A stretch of DNA of 64,000 bases from Vulcanimicrobiota bacterium (GCA_963777315.1 CAVZQC010000002.1:544001-608000); one strand, 5' to 3'; counted from the first letter of the stretch, positions 19,182 through 29,672 are shown. Program-made: numbers and translations. The notes: generated from the sequence alone by a model not told the origin.

Positions 19182-20077
19182 GCATTTCGATCGAGCATTT
19201 GAGCAAAGCATACGGCACGCTGATCGCAGTCGATGATCTGAGCATCGAGATTCCCGGCGGCTCGGTTTTTGGTCTGCTCGGGCCCAACGGCGCGGGCAAA
19301 ACGACGACGTTCAAGTGCATGCTGGGGCTGGCATCGAGCTGGTCGGGAAGCGTTCGTTTCGACGGCAAGCCGTTGACGCCGCAGACGTTCGAGCGGCTCG
19401 CGTACGTGCCGGAACGAAGCGTGCTCTACGATTGGATGAGCGCCGCGGACCATCTGCAGATGCAAAAGCGAGCGTTTGCGCGCTACAGCGAAAAGCGCGC
19501 GCTCGAGCTGATGGAACTGTTTTCACTGGACCGGCGCAAGCGCGTACGCGCGATGTCCAAAGGAATGCGCACGGCGCTGTCGGTGGTGATGGCGTTTGCC
19601 ATCGAACCCGAGATCATGATTCTGGACGAACCCACCAGCGGCTTGGATCCGGTCAACCAGCGGTCGGTGCTCAAGCTCGTCATCGACGCCTCGGCGCAAG
19701 GCTGCACGATCGTGCTGTCATCGCACCAGATCGGCCAAGTAGAGCGCGCGGCGGATCACATCGTCGTGCTGCGGGACGGTAAGGCCGTTCTCGCCGGCGC
19801 CGTCGACGATCTCAAGGCCGGTTCCAAGATCGTCGAAGGCATCTTCCCGTCCGACGCGATCGCCCTCAACGGTCTGAGCGGCGATACACGCGTGCGCCGC
19901 GTCGAAAAAACGGGCCGGATCGTGCGTGTGACCGTCAGCGACGCCGGCGAGACGTTCGCTCGCGAATTGAGCGCTCTGGGTGCCCAAAGCGTACGCATCG
20001 TCGATTTGAATCTCGAGGATATTTTCTTGAACGCGGTGGACGCGGGTCAAACCGCCGACCTCGTGGAGGCAGGCTGA
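19178..20077 (+). CDS. ABC transporter ATP-binding protein (YtrB-like)
   Basis: GPNGAGKTT, MSKGM, ILDEPTSGLD, SSH. Confidence 0.93.
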   Translation: MSISIEHLSKAYGTLIAVDDLSIEIPGGSVFGLLGPNGAGKTTTFKCMLGLASSWSGSVRFDGKPLTPQTFERLAYVPERSVLYDWMSAADHLQMQKRAFARYSEKRALELMELFSLDRRKRVRAMSKGMRTALSVVMAFAIEPEIMILDEPTSGLDPVNQRSVLKLVIDASAQGCTIVLSSHQIGQVERAADHIVVLRDGKAVLAGAVDDLKAGSKIVEGIFPSDAIALNGLSGDTRVRRVEKTGRIVRVTVSDAGETFARELSALGAQSVRIVDLNLEDIFLNAVDAGQTADLVEAG

Positions 20078-21102
20078 TGTTGTATTTCGTCGAGTATTTG
20101 CGCGCCCGCAATGCCGTTCGCGTAGCGTTGATCCTGCTGGGCATATTTCTGGTGATCGCCATCGTGCTGCGGATCGCGCTGCACGCGCCCAGCGCGCAGG
20201 ACTGGGCGATTGGCTTGCAGAGTTCGCCTACGGCCCACGTTTCCAAAACGCGGCTGCCGAACGGCGCCACCCGCATCGTCGTCGACGATCCTCGCAAGCA
20301 TACGCACGCGGTCATCGTGCAGCGCGGCAGCACTACCCATATGGTCATTACCGAACCGCAAGGAACGCAGCGCAGCCGATCGCGCGACGGCGTTTCGATG
20401 GGCAGCATGAGCGTGAACGAGAGCTCCAGCCGCGGGGTCTCGCGCACCACGGTCGACTACACGCGCGGCTTCACTTACGATCTAGGACTATTGTTTGCGA
20501 TCACGATTCCCATAGGCCTGATCGTCGCCACGATGCTGGGCGGCGCGCTGGCAAAGGAGAACGACGGCCATTTGGAACTCGCGTGGACGAAACCCGTTTC
20601 GCGCGAACGCTATGCGTTGGCCGCGGTCGGCGTGGACGTCGCAGCGATCCTGCTCTCGCAGCTGCTCACCATGGCGTTCGCGCTGGGGGCTACGCTGCTG
20701 TTCGTCGTGCCGTCCATCGGCTATGCAAGGGCCGGCTGGGAGATTCCGCTCGCGCTGCTCGCGCCTATTGCGTGGTACGCGCTGCTCACCGCCTTTAGCG
20801 CCTCGCTCAAGCGGGGACCGGGTTTGGTCGTCGGATTGGGCTGGGTGTTCGCCATCATCGTTCCCAACGTGGCGGTGGGGCTCGCGCACGTGGCAGGCGT
20901 CAATCGGATCGCGGCGTGGTTCTACGCAATCTTCCACGGATTGGCATTCCTGGACCCGCTGGCATATCTGAGCTACGGCAGCAGCAATGCGAGCGCGCCG
21001 GTTTTACAACTCTCTGCGCAGGCTGCGGTCGGCGCGCTCGCAGCCCTGTCGATCGGATACATTGCGTTGTCGGTGCTGCAATGGCGCCGTTTGGAGGCTT
21101 AA
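20077..21102 (+). CDS. ABC-2 type permease with large extracytoplasmic loop
   Basis: Multiple TM segments, KENDGHLELAWTKPVSR; coupled to the ATPase. Confidence 0.8.
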   Translation: MLYFVEYLRARNAVRVALILLGIFLVIAIVLRIALHAPSAQDWAIGLQSSPTAHVSKTRLPNGATRIVVDDPRKHTHAVIVQRGSTTHMVITEPQGTQRSRSRDGVSMGSMSVNESSSRGVSRTTVDYTRGFTYDLGLLFAITIPIGLIVATMLGGALAKENDGHLELAWTKPVSRERYALAAVGVDVAAILLSQLLTMAFALGATLLFVVPSIGYARAGWEIPLALLAPIAWYALLTAFSASLKRGPGLVVGLGWVFAIIVPNVAVGLAHVAGVNRIAAWFYAIFHGLAFLDPLAYLSYGSSNASAPVLQLSAQAAVGALAALSIGYIALSVLQWRRLEA

Positions 21103-21106
21103 CGTC

Positions 21107-21238
21107 ATGGAACTGTTCGGTGCGAAATTTTCGATTGCTCTGGGCGCATGGAGGGTGCGGTTCGTGCTGATGCTCGAGGATCCGCAGGAAGAGCTCACAG
21201 CACGAAGGACGTCGCATGCGAAGGTGCGAGGTACTTGA
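21107..21238 (+). CDS. Putative 43-aa small protein closing the ytr-like operon
   Basis: GGAGG RBS and ATG 4 nt after the permease stop: MELFGAKFSIALGAWRVRFVLMLEDPQEELTARRTSHAKVRGT. Confidence 0.4.
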   Translation: MELFGAKFSIALGAWRVRFVLMLEDPQEELTARRTSHAKVRGT

Positions 21239-22355
21239 ACTTTCCGTCCGCCACGGTGTAGAAGTACACCAGCGGATCGATCGCGTCGCCGGTGGGCAAA
21301 AATTGAAACTGGCCCACGACGGTGCTGTACGATGACGGCGCTTGCAGGGCCGCCATCGTCGATAAGCGATTGTTCGCGCCCGTCCGCCGCACCGCGCTCA
21401 TGACGACCTGCGCGGCCGCGTAAGAGAATGCGGAAAGCGCCGTCAGCGGATAGCGCGAACGGAAATCGCCCAGCGCGTTGGCGATGTCGGGCGCCAGATC
21501 GAGCGGCGGCAGCGACGTGGAAACGATGCTGCCCGCCAATGCATCGGCGTAATTGCGCAGGGCCGTTTGGTTGAAAAATCCTTGCGATGCGCCGAGCTTT
21601 CCGGAGTAGCCGGCCGAATGCAGCGCGGGAACGAGCGGTCCCATTGCGGTTGCTTCCCCGCAAAGGTAGACGAAGTCCGCCTTCTTTGCCGCAATGGCCG
21701 CCGCCGCTGCACCGTAGTCCGGCTTGTCGTACGGAAAGAGGTACGCGAACGCAGCCATGCCGCTGGGTTTGGCCTGGTTGAGAAACCCTTGCGCGACGTC
21801 TTGACCGTAATCGCCGTCTTGCGAAACCGCGATTGCCAGTTTGGGTTTGTCGCGTTTCGCCACGAACTGCGCGGCCAGTCTGCCTTCAGTGGAATCCTTG
21901 ACGGGCAGACGCCAAACGCTGCGGTACCCGCGCGCGGTGATGCTGTCCGCGGTGGAGGCCGAGACCAGCAACGGCATCTGCGCGTTTTGATACGTCGTCA
22001 GAGCCGCGCTGATGAGCGGTCCGTCGAAGCCGCCGACTATCGCGATGACGGTGGGATCCGCGGCGGCAAACTGGACGTTGACCATCGCCTGTGCGAGCGC
22101 GTCGAGATCGTCGAACGTGCGCACGGCAAAGGCGCTGGAAAACGTACCGCTCAACCGGTTGGCATAGTCGATCGCCCCCTGCACGCCGGCGACGATCTCG
22201 CGCCCGGCCGCCGCGCGATCGCCCGAAAGCGGTGCGTTGACGCCGATCGTCAGCTGCTGCTGGAACGGGCGGTTGAGCACTTGCGCGCGCGCGGCCAAAG
22301 GCAGTGACGCCGCACCGGCTGCCCCGGCAGCGAGCAAAAAACGGCGGCGGTCCAT
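21195..22355 (-). CDS. Branched-chain amino acid ABC substrate-binding protein (LivJ-like), Tat signal
   Basis: MDRRRFLLAAG twin-arginine signal; IGVNAPLSGD; DYGQDVA. Confidence 0.88.
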   Translation of the reverse strand: MDRRRFLLAAGAAGAASLPLAARAQVLNRPFQQQLTIGVNAPLSGDRAAAGREIVAGVQGAIDYANRLSGTFSSAFAVRTFDDLDALAQAMVNVQFAAADPTVIAIVGGFDGPLISAALTTYQNAQMPLLVSASTADSITARGYRSVWRLPVKDSTEGRLAAQFVAKRDKPKLAIAVSQDGDYGQDVAQGFLNQAKPSGMAAFAYLFPYDKPDYGAAAAAIAAKKADFVYLCGEATAMGPLVPALHSAGYSGKLGASQGFFNQTALRNYADALAGSIVSTSLPPLDLAPDIANALGDFRSRYPLTALSAFSYAAAQVVMSAVRRTGANNRLSTMAALQAPSSYSTVVGQFQFLPTGDAIDPLVYFYTVADGKFKYLAPSHATSFVL

Positions 22356-22357
22356 CT

Positions 22358-23236
22358 TCACCTCAACGCAAATCCGGCAACGGTGGTTAGCGCGAAAACC
22401 ACCGAAAACGCCATGTTCGCGGTAAACACCCGTTCGTTGAGCGTAAACACGTTTTGGGCAATTCCAAAGATGCGATCCTCATAGAGGACCAGTGCTGCGG
22501 CGGCAGCCGCGCCGATCGCATACGGCCACGCGGCGCCGGCGAGAATGCCGGCTGCCGTCAGCAATGCGGCCATGGCTGCATGCAGCGCAAGCGGCAGCCT
22601 GCGCGCGCTTCCCGCGCCGAAGCGGGCCGGCAAGGAGCGAATGCCCTGCTGCAGATCGACCGGCAAATCCATCAACGCGTAGATGATGTCGAAGCCGGCG
22701 ACCCATACGGTGACTGCGGCGAACAGCAGCATCGCGGGCCACGTCACCGTGCCGGCAACGCCGATGAACGCGCCCAGCGGCGCAAGCGCGTCCACGCCCC
22801 CCAAGACGAAGTGCGTGAGCCAGGTAAACCGTTTGCACAGCGGATACAGCAGCACGCCGAGCGCTGCAATCGGCAGCAGCTTCACGCACAGCGGATTGAG
22901 CTGCCAGGCCGAAACGACCAGCAAAACGATGCCCAGAACGGTCGCCCAAAGCATTACGGGCGCGGCGATCTTCCCGCTGACCAGCGCGCGCCGGGCGGTA
23001 CGCGGATTGCGCGCATCCAAATCGCGATCGAAATATCTGTTGGCGGCCATTGCGGCGGTGCGGGCGCCGAATACCGCAAGCGTGATCCACAGAAGCTGGT
23101 ACGGCGAGGGCGATCCGGCGAAAACTGCGCCGACGTAGGCGAACGGAAGCGCGAAGAGGGTATGCTCGATGCGGATCTCTTTGAGAAAAACGCCGACGGT
23201 ATTGCGAGCTTCGAGCAATGGGGCGGCCATGCTCAC
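22358..23236 (-). CDS. UbiA-family polyprenyltransferase (MqnP-like)
   Basis: EHTLFALPFAY, ARTAAMAANRYFDRDLDARNPRT, AGFDIIYALMD; GTGA overlap with the decarboxylase. Confidence 0.9.
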   Translation of the reverse strand: MSMAAPLLEARNTVGVFLKEIRIEHTLFALPFAYVGAVFAGSPSPYQLLWITLAVFGARTAAMAANRYFDRDLDARNPRTARRALVSGKIAAPVMLWATVLGIVLLVVSAWQLNPLCVKLLPIAALGVLLYPLCKRFTWLTHFVLGGVDALAPLGAFIGVAGTVTWPAMLLFAAVTVWVAGFDIIYALMDLPVDLQQGIRSLPARFGAGSARRLPLALHAAMAALLTAAGILAGAAWPYAIGAAAAAALVLYEDRIFGIAQNVFTLNERVFTANMAFSVVFALTTVAGFALR

Positions 23237-24744
23237 GATAGTAGGCGGCGCACCGCATCCGGACCTTGTCCCGACCAGCGGTCGGGGCGCAGGCTGCGGC
23301 CGATGCGATCCAACCCGTATTCTTTCCAGCGCGCGGCCACCAGATCGCGCGTCTGCTCGTCCATCACCATGTCGGGCGGCCAGCCACGCGTATACCCCTC
23401 GGCCGCGCTCTTGCGCGTCGCATCGATGCCGATCTTCATGCCGACGGCCGGCTCGAACGATGCGTGGTCCAAATCGTCGACCGGGCCGGGCATCATGACG
23501 ACGTCGCGCTGCGCGTCCAAATTGTTCAGCACGAACCATGCGGCTGCGCGTGCGTCCTGCACGTCCACGTCGTCGTCGACGATCACCAGCAGCCGCGTGA
23601 GCATCAGCATGTGGCCGAGCCCCCAGAGCGCGTTCATCACCTTCTTGGCTTGTCCGGGGTAGGATTTGCGGATCGAAACGATCGCCAGATTGTGAAAGCC
23701 GCCTTCAACGGGCAAATTCATGTCGGTGATCTCGGGAACGACCATCTGCAGCAGCGGCAAAAAGATGCGTTCGGTGGCTTTGCCCAGCCACGCGTCTTCC
23801 ATCGGCGGTTTGCCCACGATGGTCGCCGGATAGATCGGGTTGCGCCGATGCGACATGTGCTGAACGTGAAATGTCGGATAGCGGTCGGCAAGACTGTAGA
23901 CGCCGGTGTGATCGCCGAACGGTCCTTCGGTCCGAAGGTCGGTATTGTCGACGTAACCTTCGAGAACGAATTCGGCATCGGCCGGCACTTTGAGGTCGAC
24001 CGTTTTGCACTGCACGAGTTTGACGGCTTTGCCGCGCAGCAAGCCTGCGAATGAAAATTCGTCGACCACCGGAGGGAGCGGCGCGGTGGCCGCATACGTG
24101 ATCGCCGGGTCGGCGCCGATTGCAACCGCAGCGGGAATGCTGTCGCCCCACGCTTTTGCGTGCGCGCGTCCGTGCTTGTGGCGCTGCCAGTGCATGCCGG
24201 CTTCCCGCGCGCCGTACACTTGCATGCGATACATGCCCACGTTGGAACGGCCGGTCTTGGGATCTTTTGTGATCACGAGCGGCAAGGTGATGAACGGTCC
24301 GGCATCGAGCGGCCACGTCGTCAGAACCGGCAGCTGCGCGAGATCGGGCTGCTCGACGGATACCTCTTGGCAGCTGCCGTCGGCAACCGTTTTGGCAATC
24401 GCTCCCGCCAGGGGCGCCAGCGAGAGAAATTTGCCGATTCGATCGATCGCGCTTGCCGGAATCGAAAGGTCGAACAGGCGGCGAATGCGATCCGATGCTT
24501 CGTCCAACGTCTTTACGCCCAAGGCCATCGCCATGCGCCTTTGCGTTCCGAACTGATTGGTGATTACCGGAAACTGCGATCCTTTCACGTCGGTGAAGAG
24601 CAGTGCCGGGCCGCCGGCTTTGACGACCCGGTCCGTAATCGCGCTGATTTCCAGACGCGGATCTACGGGTGCGTCGATGCGGTGCAGCTCGCCGGCGCGG
24701 TCGAGCGCTTCGACGAACGCGCGAAGTGAATCAAAAGCCGCCAC
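23233..24744 (-). CDS. UbiD-family menaquinone biosynthesis decarboxylase (MqnL-like)
   Basis: NVGMYRMQ, MHWQRHKHG, EGPFGDHTG, GKPPMED, GIDATRK; adjacent to the UbiA-like gene. Confidence 0.9.
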   Translation of the reverse strand: MAAFDSLRAFVEALDRAGELHRIDAPVDPRLEISAITDRVVKAGGPALLFTDVKGSQFPVITNQFGTQRRMAMALGVKTLDEASDRIRRLFDLSIPASAIDRIGKFLSLAPLAGAIAKTVADGSCQEVSVEQPDLAQLPVLTTWPLDAGPFITLPLVITKDPKTGRSNVGMYRMQVYGAREAGMHWQRHKHGRAHAKAWGDSIPAAVAIGADPAITYAATAPLPPVVDEFSFAGLLRGKAVKLVQCKTVDLKVPADAEFVLEGYVDNTDLRTEGPFGDHTGVYSLADRYPTFHVQHMSHRRNPIYPATIVGKPPMEDAWLGKATERIFLPLLQMVVPEITDMNLPVEGGFHNLAIVSIRKSYPGQAKKVMNALWGLGHMLMLTRLLVIVDDDVDVQDARAAAWFVLNNLDAQRDVVMMPGPVDDLDHASFEPAVGMKIGIDATRKSAAEGYTRGWPPDMVMDEQTRDLVAARWKEYGLDRIGRSLRPDRWSGQGPDAVRRLLS

Positions 24745-24789
24745 ACGCCACTCTATCATGCCGGTTCGGCGCGGGACAACGGCCGTTCA

Positions 24790-25632
24790 TCAACCGCGAG
24801 ACATCGTGCGCAGGATCAAACGATCCCGCAGCCGTTCCGGCAGCGAAGCGGCGATGCGGCGCTGCCAGGACGGCGGATTGCCCACGGCATACCGGGCACG
24901 CGGATTGGCCGCGCGTAACGCGGTAAGCACCGTCTGCGCCACTTTGCCGGGTTCGATTCCGGTACGCTCTTCATGTTCGGTCAATCGTACGAGAGCTTCG
25001 ATTGCAGGGCCGTAATATTGTGCCGCGCCGGCGGGCATGCGCGCGGCAATCTCGTCTTTTTCGCTGCGGCCTTTTTGCCAGATGGGGGTACGCACGTTGC
25101 CCGGCTGAACGACGCAGACGCTGATGCCGAACGGCGCGAGCTCCATGCGCAGCGAGTCGGCCAGCGCTTCCAGCGCAAACTTCGAGCTGGCGTACGGTCC
25201 GACGAGCGGCGAGGCGATTTGTCCGGAAACCGAGCTCATGAACACGACCCGGCCGCGCGTTCGGCGCAGCAGCGGAAGCGCGGCCTGCGTTACCGCCAGC
25301 GCGCCGAAGACGTTGACCTCGAACTGGCGCCGAAGATCTTCGATCGAAAGAAATTCCAGGGGACCGGCGACGGCGATCCCGGCATTATTCACGACCGCAT
25401 CCAGGCCCGCTCCGCTGCGCTCGATGGAGTCCGCCGCCCGCGCAATTTCTTGCGCGTTGCGCACGTCGAGCGCGACGGGGCGGATGCCGGCATGATTGCG
25501 TTGCAGGCGCAAGGCGTCCGCGTCACTGCGCACGCCGGCAAATACGGTGTACCCTTCACGCGCGAGCAAAGCCGCCGTCGCATATCCTATGCCCGTCGAA
25601 GCGCCGGTGACGAGCGCGCTGCGCGCGTGCAG
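24790..25632 (-). CDS. SDR family oxidoreductase (probable CTG start)
   Basis: ALVTGASTGIG lies upstream of the ORF-track start; VNNAGI, YASSKF. Confidence 0.88.
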   Translation of the reverse strand: MHARSALVTGASTGIGYATAALLAREGYTVFAGVRSDADALRLQRNHAGIRPVALDVRNAQEIARAADSIERSGAGLDAVVNNAGIAVAGPLEFLSIEDLRRQFEVNVFGALAVTQAALPLLRRTRGRVVFMSSVSGQIASPLVGPYASSKFALEALADSLRMELAPFGISVCVVQPGNVRTPIWQKGRSEKDEIAARMPAGAAQYYGPAIEALVRLTEHEERTGIEPGKVAQTVLTALRAANPRARYAVGNPPSWQRRIAASLPERLRDRLILRTMSRG

Positions 25633-25634
25633 CG

Positions 25635-27851
25635 CTACTCCATGCGGCGCCGCGGACGGCGCGGACGCCGGCTTTCGCCGCCGCCCGTTCGAGCGGATTC
25701 TTGATGGTCGGGCGAGCCGTTGCCGGACGGAGCGGACGTGCCGGCCAGAACGGCTTTGCGCGAAAGATTCACGCGCCCTTGACCGTCGATCTCCATCACT
25801 TTGACCATCACTTCGTCGCCGACTTTGACGACGTCCTCGACGCGTTCGACCCGCGTGGGCGCGAGTTGGCTGATGTGCACCAGCCCTTCTTTGCCCGGCA
25901 GGATCTTCACGAATGCGCCGATGTTGATGATTCGCGTGACCTCGCCCATGTACGTTTCGCCGACGACGACGTCTTTGGTGATCGCTTCGACCATTGCGCG
26001 CGCCTTTTCACCGGATTCGCCGTCGAGCGAGGTGATGAACACCTTGCCGTCGTCTTCGATGTCGATCTTCTCGACGCCGGTTTCCTCGATGATCTTGTTG
26101 ATGATCTTTCCGCCGGGGCCGATGACGTCTTTGATTTTGTCCGGATTGATCTGGACCACGATCATCCGCGGGGCAAACTTGCTCAATTCCGTGCGCGGCT
26201 GCGCGATCGTCTCGGCGAGCTTGTCGATGATGAACAGGCGCGACTTCTTGGCCTCTTCCATCGCTTCGCGCATGATCTGCACCGTGACGCCCTGCACTTT
26301 GATGTCCATTTGAATGGCGGTGATTCCCTTTCGCGTGCCCGCTACTTTGAAATCCATCTCGCCCAATGCATCTTCCAAGCCCTGGATGTCGGTGAGCACC
26401 GCGTACTTGTCGCCTTTGAGGATGAGCCCCATCGCCACGCCGGCAACGTGGTCCGCGATCGGAACGCCCGCGTCCATGAGCGCGAGCGTGCTCCCGCAAA
26501 CGGAAGCCATCGACGACGAACCGTTCGACTCGAGCACTTCGCTCATCAAGCGAAGCGTGTACGGGAACTCTTCCTTGGGAGGAAGCACCGGCAGCAGCGC
26601 GCGTTCGGCCAGATGTCCGTGGCCGATTTCGCGGCGTCCCGGGCCGCGCATGGGGCGCGTCTCGCCGACCGAGAACGGCGGGAAGTTGTAAAAGTGCATG
26701 TAGCGTTTGTTCGGCAAAGCGACGATGCCGTCCAAACGCTGTGCGTCGCTGGTCGACCCCAACGTGGCCGCCGTGAAGACTTGCGTCTGCCCGCGCGTAA
26801 AAACGCCGGATCCGTGCACGCGCGGCACGTAGTGCACTTTCGACCAGATCGGCCGGATGTCGCCGGCTTTTCGGCCGTCGGGACGGATCTTCTCGTCGAC
26901 GACCATGACGCGCAGCTCGTCCTCTTCCATCGCCTTGACGATCTTGTTGAAGTCCTTGGCGAGCACGGGATCTTCGAGCATTGCTTTGACTTTCGTATCG
27001 CCGCCGGCGCGCGCCAGCCCCTCTTGCGGCGTGAGCTTGTCGAACTCCGACTCGCGCTCGAGCTTATCGACGACGCGCATGGCTTTGGCCACGTCTTTTT
27101 TGAACGTCTTGCGCACCCACGCATCGAGATCGGAGTCGACTTTTTGCACGGGATACTCGCGCTTGGCTTTACCAACTTTCTTTGCCAGCTGCTCTATCGC
27201 CGCGACGATTTTCTTTATCTCAGCGTGCGCGAACTCGACGGCTCCTAAAAAATCTTCCTCGCCGATCTCGTTGCCGCCGCCTTCGACCATCATGACGGCG
27301 TCGGCCGTACCGGCAATGACGATATCCATTCCACCGGTTTCGTATTGGGGTAAGGTGGGATTGCAGATGTAGCCGCCGTCTTCGTCGCGCCCCACCCGCA
27401 CGGCCGCGACGGTTTTATCGAACGGAATGTCGGAAAGCGCCAGCGCGGCGCCCGCAGCGCACACGCCCAATACGTCCGCATCCAATTCCGGATCGATCGA
27501 GAACACCGTCGCAACGACTTGCACGTCGTTGCGAAAGCCGTCGGGGAACAGCGGACGGATAGGCCGGTCGATTTGACGGGAACTGAGCACGGCGTGTTCG
27601 GGCGGACGGCCTTCACGCTTGATGTAGCCGCCCGGTATCTTGCCGGCGGCATACATTTTCTCTTCGAAGTCGCACGTCAGCGGGAAGAAGTCGATGCCTT
27701 CACGAGGTTTCTCGGAGGCGGTGACGGCGCAGAGCACGACGTTTTGATCACCATAGCGCACCAGAGCGGAGCCGTTTGCTTGCTTCGCGAGTTCGCCGGT
27801 TTCGATGACCATCGTGCGCCCGCCGATCTCAAGTGAGACGGACTCTGGCAC
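25635..27851 (-). CDS. pnp: Polyribonucleotide nucleotidyltransferase
   Basis: GTG with AGGAGA RBS; IETGELAKQANG, DFFPLTCD, FTRGQTQ, RREIGHG, SNGSSSMAS, DFKVAGT, KH and S1 domains. Confidence 0.98.
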   Translation of the reverse strand: MPESVSLEIGGRTMVIETGELAKQANGSALVRYGDQNVVLCAVTASEKPREGIDFFPLTCDFEEKMYAAGKIPGGYIKREGRPPEHAVLSSRQIDRPIRPLFPDGFRNDVQVVATVFSIDPELDADVLGVCAAGAALALSDIPFDKTVAAVRVGRDEDGGYICNPTLPQYETGGMDIVIAGTADAVMMVEGGGNEIGEEDFLGAVEFAHAEIKKIVAAIEQLAKKVGKAKREYPVQKVDSDLDAWVRKTFKKDVAKAMRVVDKLERESEFDKLTPQEGLARAGGDTKVKAMLEDPVLAKDFNKIVKAMEEDELRVMVVDEKIRPDGRKAGDIRPIWSKVHYVPRVHGSGVFTRGQTQVFTAATLGSTSDAQRLDGIVALPNKRYMHFYNFPPFSVGETRPMRGPGRREIGHGHLAERALLPVLPPKEEFPYTLRLMSEVLESNGSSSMASVCGSTLALMDAGVPIADHVAGVAMGLILKGDKYAVLTDIQGLEDALGEMDFKVAGTRKGITAIQMDIKVQGVTVQIMREAMEEAKKSRLFIIDKLAETIAQPRTELSKFAPRMIVVQINPDKIKDVIGPGGKIINKIIEETGVEKIDIEDDGKVFITSLDGESGEKARAMVEAITKDVVVGETYMGEVTRIINIGAFVKILPGKEGLVHISQLAPTRVERVEDVVKVGDEVMVKVMEIDGQGRVNLSRKAVLAGTSAPSGNGSPDHQESARTGGGESRRPRRPRRRME

Positions 27852-27941
27852 GGTATCTCCTATTTCGTTATGTATTGAACCGTGCCGGGTTCGGGGAGCG
27901 CAACGGGATGCCCTGGCCGGCGCTGGTGCGAATGACCTGCC

Positions 27942-29672
27942 ATGCTCGTCCGATCGCTCGCCGTAGCATGCTTGCTCGGACTCATTGGGACGACTTCGCC
28001 CGCTGTACCGGCTTGGCGTCAAGGCTCGCCGGCCGTCGCCGCGCACGCCATGGTCGCCGCCGAGCAGCATTACGCCACGCGCGCCGGCGTCGCGGTTTTG
28101 CAGCGCGGCGGCAATGCGGTGGATGCGGCCGTGGCGACGGCTTACGCGCTCGCCGTCGTCGATCCGTGTTGCGGCAACATCGGGGGCGGAGGGTTCATGC
28201 TCGTGCGCATGCACGACGGGCGCGAGCGCTTCATCGATTTTCGCGAAGAAGCGCCGCTGCGCGCACGCCCCGACATGTATTTGGACAAAGCCGGCAACGT
28301 GATCGCGCACGCCAGCACGAAGGGATATCTTGCAGTCGGCGTTCCCGGAACCGTCATGGGGTTGGAGCGCGCGCGAGAAGAATTCGGCACGCAGCCGCGC
28401 GCGGCGCTCATGGCGCCCGCGATCGCTCTGGCGCAGAACGGTTGGATACTGCAGCCGGGCGATGCTGCAGTCTTTCAAGGCGCGGCAAGCCAAGGAGCCG
28501 GCGGCGCCTATACGTTCGCAAATCAGCCCAACGTGCGCGCAATTTTCCTGAAAAACGGACGCTTGCCGCGCGCCGGCGACCGCCTGCGCCAGCCCGAGCT
28601 CGCGGCAACGCTGCGCGCTATCGCTAAAGACGGAGCCAAAGCATTTTACGAAGGGCCGATAGCGGCCGCAATCGTTCGCGCCGCTCACGAGCACGGCGGC
28701 ATGCTCGCGCCCGACGACTTCACGCATTATCGCGTGCGCGAGCGCACTCCGGTGCACTGCGCGTATCGTGGTTACGTCGTCGTGTCGGCGCCCCCGCCCA
28801 GTTCAGGCGGCGTAACGCTGTGCGAAACGCTCAACATCGTGTCGGCGTATCCGCTGCGATCCTGGGGCTGGCACTCCGCGCAAAGCGCGCACTACACGAT
28901 CGAAGCCGAGCGCCGCGCATATGCCGATCGCAACACGTATTTAGGAGATCCGGCCTTCGTCCCCAATCCGGTGGCGCAATTGCTTTCCGGCCGGTACGCC
29001 GATATGCTGCGCGCGTCGATTCGGACCAGCGAGGCGACCCCGTCCGCGCAGGTGCGTCCGGGTCTCGGCCCGATTGCGCACGAAAACGACGACACCACGC
29101 ATTTTTCGATCGTGGACGCGCAAGGCAACGCCGTCGCCCTGACGTTCACGATCAACGATTGGTTCGGCGCGGGCGTCATCGCCGCAAACACCGGATTTTT
29201 TCTCAACGATGAAATGGACGACTTCACGAGCAAACCCGGGGTGGCCAACATGTTCGGTTTGGTGCAGGGCGTGCGCAACGACATCCGGCCCGGCAAACGG
29301 CCGCTGTCGTCGATGGCGCCGACGATTCTCACCAAAGACGGAAAGGTGTTCATGGTTACCGGAAGCCCGGGCGGAGCGCGCATCATCACCGTCGTGCTCT
29401 CGACGATTCAAAACGTTCTCGACTACGGGATGAACGTTCAGCAGGCCGTAAACGCGCCGCGAATTCACATGCAATGGCTGCCGGACCGGCTGCAATACGA
29501 ACCGGGCGCACTGAGCGATTCGGCGATAAAGCGGCTCGAGTCGATGGGCTACTCGCTCGAGGAGATTGCGTCGTGGGGTTCCGCGCAAGCCGTGGTCGTG
29601 GATGCGCGCACCCACGAACGCTACGGGGGAACGGATCGCCGCGGCCCGTCGGGATTGGCCGCGGGCTACTAG
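27942..29672 (+). CDS. ggt: Gamma-glutamyltransferase
   Basis: Signal peptide; GGNAVDAA, IDFREEAP, PPPSSGG, DTTHFSIVD, NDEMDDF, PLSSMAP, GSPGG. Confidence 0.96.
   Translation: MLVRSLAVACLLGLIGTTSPAVPAWRQGSPAVAAHAMVAAEQHYATRAGVAVLQRGGNAVDAAVATAYALAVVDPCCGNIGGGGFMLVRMHDGRERFIDFREEAPLRARPDMYLDKAGNVIAHASTKGYLAVGVPGTVMGLERAREEFGTQPRAALMAPAIALAQNGWILQPGDAAVFQGAASQGAGGAYTFANQPNVRAIFLKNGRLPRAGDRLRQPELAATLRAIAKDGAKAFYEGPIAAAIVRAAHEHGGMLAPDDFTHYRVRERTPVHCAYRGYVVVSAPPPSSGGVTLCETLNIVSAYPLRSWGWHSAQSAHYTIEAERRAYADRNTYLGDPAFVPNPVAQLLSGRYADMLRASIRTSEATPSAQVRPGLGPIAHENDDTTHFSIVDAQGNAVALTFTINDWFGAGVIAANTGFFLNDEMDDFTSKPGVANMFGLVQGVRNDIRPGKRPLSSMAPTILTKDGKVFMVTGSPGGARIITVVLSTIQNVLDYGMNVQQAVNAPRIHMQWLPDRLQYEPGALSDSAIKRLESMGYSLEEIASWGSAQAVVVDARTHERYGGTDRRGPSGLAAGY

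Noticed and set aside
25635..28757. 1040-aa PNPase with a long N-terminal extension
   Set aside because: The extension is antisense to ggt; the real start is GTG 27851 with an AGGAGA RBS.
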